Shown here piece by piece: positions 57,868 through 64,000 of a DNA stretch of 64,000 bases (within the stretch, counting starts at the first letter, position 1; every line of letters begins with the position of its first letter). The stretch is from NCBI GenBank assembly GCA_963708075.1, contig OY970194.1, forward strand, positions 768,001-832,000. Reading direction: 5' to 3'. A model generated the notes under the pieces. That model saw only the letters and a list, made by a program, of their open reading frames with translations. It did not search any database and was not told the origin of the DNA. The position numbers and the translations under genes were made by a program. This stretch comes from Sedimentisphaerales bacterium (GTDB taxonomy: Bacteria > Planctomycetota > Phycisphaerae > Sedimentisphaerales > Anaerobacaceae).

Positions 57868-57971
57868 TGAGCCTGAAATGGATTCTGTTACTTGTATGCG
57901 TAGCCCTAGTGGTCTGGCCGCTACTGGCAAAAGGCCAGGGGCAAGGCAATGGAGATAGGAAGTCATCGTGA
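57864..57971 (+). CDS. 35-aa single-TM protein resembling the CcmI N-terminus (not in the ORF track)
   Basis: MMSLKWILLLVCVALVVWPLLAKGQGQGNGDRKSS*. ATGA overlap with ccmF and GTGA overlap with the next gene. Confidence 0.65.
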   Translation: MMSLKWILLLVCVALVVWPLLAKGQGQGNGDRKSS

Positions 57972-58951
57972 GATACTTTTGGATCACAACGGCTTTCATG
58001 GCCCTGTTTACCCCATCGTCGGGCAATGCTGCGGAGGCGTCGTCGCAGGCTAAGGTCACGGTGGTGGTCACGAATGGCACTGCGAATGGGACAGCCGTCG
58101 AAGGGGATGAGGTTAAGCTCCTGCTCTACAAGGGCCAGGAGCAGATCGATTCACGGTCGGCGAAAGTCGGGCAGGACGGCAAGGCCGTCTTTGAGAACGT
58201 TCCGGCGGGAGAGGGCTTGGCCGTAGTTGCTCGTGCGAAACACCAGAACATGGCCTTCAACAGCCAGCCCGTGCTCCTGGGGTCCGCCTCTGGGGAGGCA
58301 TCGGCGAGTGTACAGGTATTCGATGTCTCCACGGACACGTCGAAGCTGTCCATCGGCACGCATCACATCATAGTCGCAGCACGCTCGATGTCGCTGGAAT
58401 TCAAGGAGTTCATGCAACTGCGCAACCCTTCCGATATGGCGATCACAGGCTCGCAAAGAGACGACCAGAATAGGCCCATCGTGATTGCGATTCGCCTGCC
58501 GAAGGGCTTCAGGGACCTGGCGACGTCCAGCTATCTCGAACAGGAATCGCTGGTCGTGACCGCGGAGGGCTTCTACGATGTTCTGGCTGTACCCCCGGGC
58601 GAGCACGAGGTCACGTTCTCCTACAAGCTCGATATCGGCCGCAGCCCGATGAGCATCTCCAAGGAAATCACACTGCCGACGTCGGAGCTTATGATCTTCT
58701 GGGAACAGGGACAGGGCCGGCTTGAAGGGCTCGGCGAGCCCACCGGCCGGATCACGAACGCCGATGGGATCCCGGTGGAGTACTATCTTCGGGCCAATGT
58801 AAAGCCGGGCGATCAGATCGCTTTTCAGATCTCCGGGCTCAAGGCGAAGCACTCGGACTCAGAGACTTGGATCCTTCTGGCGGTGGTGTTTGCAGCGATC
58901 GTCATTATCGCTCTCCTGCGGCTCCGCGCCGCGTCAACGAGGCCGGGGTGA
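57968..58951 (+). CDS. Exported beta-rich protein with C-terminal TM anchor, within the ccm operon
   Basis: Signal peptide, prealbumin/carboxypeptidase-regulatory-like DGKAVFENVP, terminal hydrophobic helix. Confidence 0.65.
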   Translation: MRYFWITTAFMALFTPSSGNAAEASSQAKVTVVVTNGTANGTAVEGDEVKLLLYKGQEQIDSRSAKVGQDGKAVFENVPAGEGLAVVARAKHQNMAFNSQPVLLGSASGEASASVQVFDVSTDTSKLSIGTHHIIVAARSMSLEFKEFMQLRNPSDMAITGSQRDDQNRPIVIAIRLPKGFRDLATSSYLEQESLVVTAEGFYDVLAVPPGEHEVTFSYKLDIGRSPMSISKEITLPTSELMIFWEQGQGRLEGLGEPTGRITNADGIPVEYYLRANVKPGDQIAFQISGLKAKHSDSETWILLAVVFAAIVIIALLRLRAASTRPG

Positions 58952-58955
58952 TTGC

Positions 58956-59699
58956 ATGCACGAGACAGCGGCAAAAGGCGGTCTGACGAGCATGGCTTTG
59001 AGCGTGCACGGTGTAAGCAAGACGTTCGTGACAAGGCCCGTGTTGAGGGGCATCGACTTTGCCGTGCCGATGGGCCAGGCTGTCTGCCTGTGCGGGATCA
59101 ACGGCGCCGGAAAAAGCACCTTGTTGCGGATCATCGCGGGGCTCCTTCGCCCCGATCACGGCACCGTGATTGTCAATGGTTTTGATGTTCGCAAACACGC
59201 GGAAGCTGCCAAACGGCAACTCGGCATGATCTCTCACGCCAGCATGGTGTACCCGGAGTTGACCGTTTTGGAGAATCTCGCGTTCGCAGCGCGTCTGTAC
59301 GGCGTGTCCGACCGCGCTGCACGAATTGAGGAACTCCTGGCCGGCACAGCGCTGAGTTCATTCCGGCACGACAGGGCCGGGATTCTCTCCCGTGGGCTCT
59401 CACAGAGACTCGCGATCGCGCGAGCCTTGTTGCACAGGCCCACAGTGCTGCTGGCGGATGAGCCATTCACAGGTCTGGATGCCGATGTTTCAGAGCGGCT
59501 GGTCGCGATCTTCGACCAGTTCGTACGCGGCGGGGGCACGATTCTCATGACGACCCACGATACGCGCATGGGACTCCGCTGCTGCCAGCGAGTCGTTGTT
59601 TTGGACAAAGGCGTCCTTGTTCTCGACAAGATGAAGAATGAGATCGATTCCGAGCAGTTCGCCGGTGATTATTTGTCCTATGCAAGGAGCATGAGTTGA
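58956..59699 (+). CDS. ccmA: Heme ABC exporter ATPase
   Basis: GINGAGKS, LSRGLSQR, DEPFTGLD. Confidence 0.9.
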   Translation: MHETAAKGGLTSMALSVHGVSKTFVTRPVLRGIDFAVPMGQAVCLCGINGAGKSTLLRIIAGLLRPDHGTVIVNGFDVRKHAEAAKRQLGMISHASMVYPELTVLENLAFAARLYGVSDRAARIEELLAGTALSSFRHDRAGILSRGLSQRLAIARALLHRPTVLLADEPFTGLDADVSERLVAIFDQFVRGGGTILMTTHDTRMGLRCCQRVVVLDKGVLVLDKMKNEIDSEQFAGDYLSYARSMS

Positions 59700-60415
59700 G
59701 AGAATTGTGGCTGGGTCTGCGAGCCATCATCATCAAGGACATCGTCGTCGAGCTTCGGGCCAGGCAGGTCCTGCCGACGATGGTGGTCCTGGGCATGCTC
59801 ATTGTCTTCATTCTGCGCATGGCCTCGGAGCCCGGCTCAGCAACCATCGGCGGGGCGGTCATGGGCGTCGCCGCCCTGTGGATCGCTTTTCTCTTCTCGG
59901 GCTTGCTGGCCCAGGAGCGGTCCTTTGCCGCCGAGCAGCAAAATGGGTGCATGGACGGGCTGCTGTTGGCCCCGCTCGACGTCGGGACGATTTACCTTGC
60001 CAAGCTGTTGGCCAACGTGATCATGCTGACGATCTTCGAAATGATCGTGGTCCCCATCGCGATCATATCCTTCAATCTGCATATCGCCGGTGGATGGCTG
60101 CGGCTCGCAGCCATTCTGCTGCTGGGCAATCTTGGTATCTCCAGCATCGGGACGCTGTTCTCGGCGGCGGTCCAACTCACGCGGACCCGCGGATCGCTGC
60201 TGAGCATCGTAGTCCTTGTCATCCTCATGCCGATGATGATCCCCGCAACCTTCGCGTTGCTCGTACTGTTCGGAGCCATGCCGGAGCAAGTCGGCGGGTC
60301 CGGCACACTCGCGTTCGTTGGCAGTTTCAGGGCCGCCATCGGCTATATGCTCGCGTTTGACGCTGTTTTCGTCGTGGCCTCCTGGCTGCTTTTTGGGGTT
60401 GTTGTAGAGGAGTAG
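59696..60415 (+). CDS. ccmB: Heme exporter permease CcmB
   Basis: KDIVVELR, RSFAAE...DGLLLAP, IYLAK, 6 TM helices. Confidence 0.88.
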   Translation: MRELWLGLRAIIIKDIVVELRARQVLPTMVVLGMLIVFILRMASEPGSATIGGAVMGVAALWIAFLFSGLLAQERSFAAEQQNGCMDGLLLAPLDVGTIYLAKLLANVIMLTIFEMIVVPIAIISFNLHIAGGWLRLAAILLLGNLGISSIGTLFSAAVQLTRTRGSLLSIVVLVILMPMMIPATFALLVLFGAMPEQVGGSGTLAFVGSFRAAIGYMLAFDAVFVVASWLLFGVVVEE

Positions 60416-60419
60416 GCGA

Positions 60420-61055
60420 ATGAGACGATTGTTGTTCGCGATGGCCTTCGTTCTTCTGGTCACCTCGACCTGGATTGGATTGACGCAGGGGCAGATTGAC
60501 CCCGTGCAGCGCAACATCCTGTATGCCCACGTTCCAAACTCCGTCTGCGCCCTATTGTGTTTTGTTGTCTTGCTCGTCGCGAGCATCGGCTATCTGACCA
60601 CCGGCAAGCAGGCGTGGGACCTGGTGGCGGTTGCTTCCGCGGAGGCAGGACTCGTGTTTGCGACCATACTGAATGCGACCGGCATGCTCTTCTCGCGGGC
60701 GGAGTGGAACGTCTGGTGGACGGCGAGTCCTCGCCTTGTGACCTCAGCGATTCTGTGGTTCCTGTACGCCGTCTATCTGATCCTGCGAGCCAGCCTGCCC
60801 GGTGCGGAGTACCGCAGGGCACGCATCTGTGCCGTCTTCGGGATCATTGCCTTTCTCGATGTCCCGCTGGTGTTTGTCAGCGCCCGCTTCATCCCGGATA
60901 TCCACCGCCCGAATTTCAGTCTTGACTCGCCCTGGCAGAGTGCGGCGTTGATGTTGGGAATGGCCGGCACAGCGGTCCTTGCGGCCGCCTTGATCTGGCT
61001 GCGCACGAGTCTTCTGCGTAGCGGCGTTGAACTCGAAAAACAGCTTCTCCAATAA
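60420..61055 (+). CDS. ccmC: Heme exporter CcmC
   Basis: YAHVP, WNVWWTASPRL (WWD domain), C-terminal His. Confidence 0.9.
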   Translation: MRRLLFAMAFVLLVTSTWIGLTQGQIDPVQRNILYAHVPNSVCALLCFVVLLVASIGYLTTGKQAWDLVAVASAEAGLVFATILNATGMLFSRAEWNVWWTASPRLVTSAILWFLYAVYLILRASLPGAEYRRARICAVFGIIAFLDVPLVFVSARFIPDIHRPNFSLDSPWQSAALMLGMAGTAVLAAALIWLRTSLLRSGVELEKQLLQ

Positions 61056-61066
61056 GGAGTGGAAAC

Positions 61067-61201
61067 ATGGTTTACCTCGTGTTGGGATTCTGCACCGTAT
61101 GGGTGTGCCATTTCGCCTACCTGTTCGTGATCGACCGGCAGGCGAGGCAACTGCGCCACAGGCTCGATGCCCGTGTGAGAGAGACACCAGGTAGCGTATG
61201 A
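61067..61201 (+). CDS. ccmD: CcmD-like 44-aa membrane protein (not in the ORF track)
   Basis: AAGGAG RBS. MVYLVLGFCTVWVCHFAYLFVIDRQARQLRHRLDARVRETPGSV*, directly after ccmC. Confidence 0.8.
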   Translation: MVYLVLGFCTVWVCHFAYLFVIDRQARQLRHRLDARVRETPGSV

Positions 61202-62726
61202 CGATCTTGGCGACGGGACCCACGAAGGGATTGACTATGCCACCCATCGATAACAGTCTGCTTTGCCGCGACCTGCCTTCACAGCCTCAGCCGGAAATAG
61301 GGACAGTCCTGGTGACGGGCGCCACCGGGTACATCGGGGGACGGCTGGTTCCCGAGTTGTTGGCGCGGGGATACAGGGTACGCGTGATGGCACGCGCGGT
61401 CTCGGATGATCTTAAGGATCGCTGGCCCGGTGTGGAGATCGTCGTCGCAGATGCGCTGAATGCCGAGAGCTTGCGAAAGGCGTTGGAGGGGATTCACGCC
61501 GCCTATTACCTGATCCATTCGCTGCTCTGCGGGCCCGAGGAATTCGAGGCCAAGGAGATCCAGGCCGCGGAGAACTTTCGCAACGCCGCCAAGGCGGAGG
61601 GGGTCGCAAGAATCATCTATCTCGGAGCACTGGGGGACGTCCGTGCGTCTCTGTCCCCGCATCTGAGGAGCAGGATGCAGGTGGCGGAGGAGCTTGGCGC
61701 GGGCCCGTCCCAACGACCGCCCTTCGCGCGGCGATCATCATCGGCTCCGGCAGCGCCTCGTATGAGATCGTTGAGCATCTGGTGAAGAATCTTCCCATGT
61801 TCCTGATCCCTCGCTGGGCACAGACCAGGTGCCAGCCGATTGCCATCCGCGACGTGATCAAGTACCTCGTCGGCGTGCTGGAGACGCCGGAGACTCGCGG
61901 CAAGTCATTCGACATCGGTGGTAGCGACATCCTGACCTACAAGCAGATGATGGAAATATTCGCCGGCCTCCTGGGAAGGAGGAGGCTTTTCGTTCCCTGC
62001 CCCTTCTGCAATATCCGATTCTTTTCGTACCTTGCCAGTCTGTTCACGCCCGTGCCTGCCGCAATTACCGCGTGTCTCATGCAGGGAATCACCAGCGAGG
62101 TCGTCTGTAAGAACCAGGACATCAAGCGAATCCTGGCATTTCAGCCCCTCGGGTACCGGGAAGCGCTCGTGAGGGCCATGTCGCGAGAGGAACAGGACAA
62201 GGTGCATACCCGCTGGTCCGACGCCTATCCCCCCGCACATGAGCTGGCGATGAAACTGCACGAGATCAAAGGACCGGTGCGCTACACGAGCGAGCATTCG
62301 CTCCTGAGCGACAAGGATGCTCCTTCGCTGTTCCGCTCCATCTGCACAATCGGCGGCAAGGAGGGCTGGTTCTATAGCAACTGGCTCTGGCGGTTGCGGG
62401 GAATGATCGACCGAGTCCTGCTGGGTGTCGGGTCCTTGCGAGGGAGGAGGAGCTCGTCCAGCCTGCGAGTCGGCGACGTGATTGACTTCTGGCGGGTCGA
62501 GAGTCTTCGGCAGGACGGCATGCTTCTGTTGCGGGCGGAAATGAAACTGCCGGGCAAGGCATGGCTCCAGTTCAATGTCGATCCGCACGGGGGCAGGAAC
62601 CGATTGTCCGTAAAAGCGTACTATCAGCCCGCCGGGGTGTTTGGAAAACCCTACTGGTACGCGTGCCTTCCTTTTCATTTCCTCATCTTCCAGAACCTCA
62701 TCAAGCAGATCGAGAAAAGAGCATAG
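61198..62726 (+). CDS. YbjT-like SDR/NAD(P)-binding protein with DUF2867-like C-terminus, 1-bp frameshift at 61704-61706
   Basis: VTGATGYIGG. Adding one C restores GPVPTTALRAAIIIGSGSASYE. IDFWRVE...LRAEMKLPG.AWL. Confidence 0.85.
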
Positions 62727-62773
62727 GAAGCAGCCGCCAGGGCAAACGCAAGATTACCTGGCAGATCACGCGT

Positions 62774-62853
62774 ATGTCATTGCGAGGAGCGCAGCGACGA
62801 AGCAATCTCAACTCCTGGCATGGTAGATTGCTTCGCTTCGCTCGCAATGACAT
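62774..62853. repeat. REP-like bipartite palindrome
   Basis: ATGTCATTGCGAG/CTCGCAATGACAT outer arms and CGAAGCAATCT/AGATTGCTTCG inner arms. Confidence 0.75.
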
Positions 62854-62978
62854 GCAGGGAATGCACCAGAAAAGCGTTGACGAGCTCACGGTTCGACTGG
62901 ATGATGCGTGGAGTTCCGAGGGATGGCAACACGCGTCGCCCTGGCGTGGAACGGTCGAGGAGATAGGAGGTCGGAGCC

Positions 62979-63092
62979 ATGAAGACATATGGTGTCGGTG
63001 TGTTTGGCATCAGGTGGGTGGCCGGCGAGCACATCAAGGCCTGCACACGCAATCCGCACATAGGAGTCGTCGCATTGGGCTCCCCACAGTGA
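62979..63092 (+). pseudogene. 37-codon N-terminal remnant of a Gfo/Idh/MocA oxidoreductase
   Basis: AGGAGG RBS. MKTYGVGVFGIRWVAGEHIKACTRNPHIGVVALGSPQ* resembles the Rossmann start. Confidence 0.55.
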
Positions 63093-63103
63093 AAGGGCTC
63101 ATC

Positions 63104-64000
63104 GTGAAAAAGGCAAAGCTGGCAATCGAGGGCGGGCCGAAGGCGGTGACGAACAAGCTGGCCGGCTGGCCCCAGTTCGATGAGAAGGCGATCACGGCCG
63201 TGGAGGAGGTCCTGCGCTCGGGCAAGGTCAATTACTGGACGGGACCGAAGGGAATGGAGTTCGAGAAGCAGTTCGCGGCGTGGCAGGGCAGCCGGTTTGC
63301 GATCAGTACGTCCTCCGGCACATCGGCGCTCCACGTGGCGTTGACCGCGCTGGGCATCGGGCCCGGCGACGAGGTCATCGTGCCCAGCTATACATTCATC
63401 GCCAGCAGCTTTTCCATCGTGCAGGCCGGCGCCATTCCGCGCTTCGCCGATGTCAATCTCGACGATCACTGCATCAGCGTCGCCTCCGCAGAGAAGCTGG
63501 TCAACAAGCGCACAAAGGCGATCATGCCCGTCCATCTGTACGGCAACGTCTGCGACATGGACCCGATCCTGGAGTTCGCCCGCAAACATAAGCTCTACGT
63601 GGTCGAGGACAACGCGGAGGCCTTTGGTGGGGTCTATAAGGGCAAGAAAACCGGCACGCTCGGCCACATCGCCGCATGCAGTTTCTGCCAGAATAAGACC
63701 TTCACCACCGGCGGCGAAGGAGGCATGGTGACGACGGATGACGAAGATCTGGCATGGAACGCCCGCAGCTTCCGCGACCACGGCTACGACGTCAAGGAGC
63801 GCCTGCACCTGCTGGAACTGGAGCAGAAACTGCCTTATATCCACAACATGGTCGGCTGGAACTATCGCATGACGGAGATGCAGTCGGCGATCGGCCTGGC
63901 CGAGCTGGAGCGCATCGACACGTGGAATCTGCCGACGCGCCGGCGTAACGCGCACATTATTATCGACGCTATCAAAGATCTGCCGCAAGTCAGGTATCTG
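63104..64000 (+). CDS. DegT/DnrJ/EryC1/StrS PLP aminotransferase, runs off the window (not in the ORF track)
   Basis: GTG start MKKAKLAIEGG. SSGTSALH, GPGDEVIVP, PVHLYG, EDNAE, SFCQNKTFTTGGEGG, GWNYRM. Confidence 0.92.
   Translation, partial: MKKAKLAIEGGPKAVTNKLAGWPQFDEKAITAVEEVLRSGKVNYWTGPKGMEFEKQFAAWQGSRFAISTSSGTSALHVALTALGIGPGDEVIVPSYTFIASSFSIVQAGAIPRFADVNLDDHCISVASAEKLVNKRTKAIMPVHLYGNVCDMDPILEFARKHKLYVVEDNAEAFGGVYKGKKTGTLGHIAACSFCQNKTFTTGGEGGMVTTDDEDLAWNARSFRDHGYDVKERLHLLELEQKLPYIHNMVGWNYRMTEMQSAIGLAELERIDTWNLPTRRRNAHIIIDAIKDLPQVRYL

Noticed and set aside
17300..62853. Island as a mobile element
   Set aside because: No integrase, transposase, tRNA or terminal direct repeats were seen, and composition resembles the flanks.

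Overview
GC-rich chromosomal window from an anaerobic bacterium. Gene content suggests Planctomycetota (Phycisphaerae/Sedimentisphaerales-like), but this is an inference. Bases 1-11 kb hold the end of a Wood-Ljungdahl cluster (acsV, acsF/cooC, acsD, acsE, a FixJ-type regulator, fhs), followed by an ADP-forming acyl-CoA ligase and a CoA-transferase/GNAT fusion. Bases 11-17 kb hold a few accessory genes. About 17-61 kb is a self-contained respiratory or extracellular-electron-transfer island. It has ten multiheme c-type cytochromes (about 93 CxxCH plus 8 CX3-4CH motifs, hand count), including a stand-alone OmcE-like tetraheme, a 24-heme protein built of similar modules, and CbcL-like and NapC/NirT-like quinol oxidoreductases. 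It also has three NHL beta-propellers, a large outer-membrane beta-barrel, hemA with ahbABCD, a polyprenyl synthase, and a CxxxY-type Ccm system. Regulation comprises two GGxxNPF (RegB-like) kinases, a sigma54 activator, two consensus sigma54 promoters and a recurring TCYCR-N4-YGRGA operator. Six genes carry single-base frameshifts that are probably sequencing errors. Heptamer-repeat hairpins occur both between genes and in frame inside proteins. No rRNA, tRNA, CRISPR array or transposase was seen.
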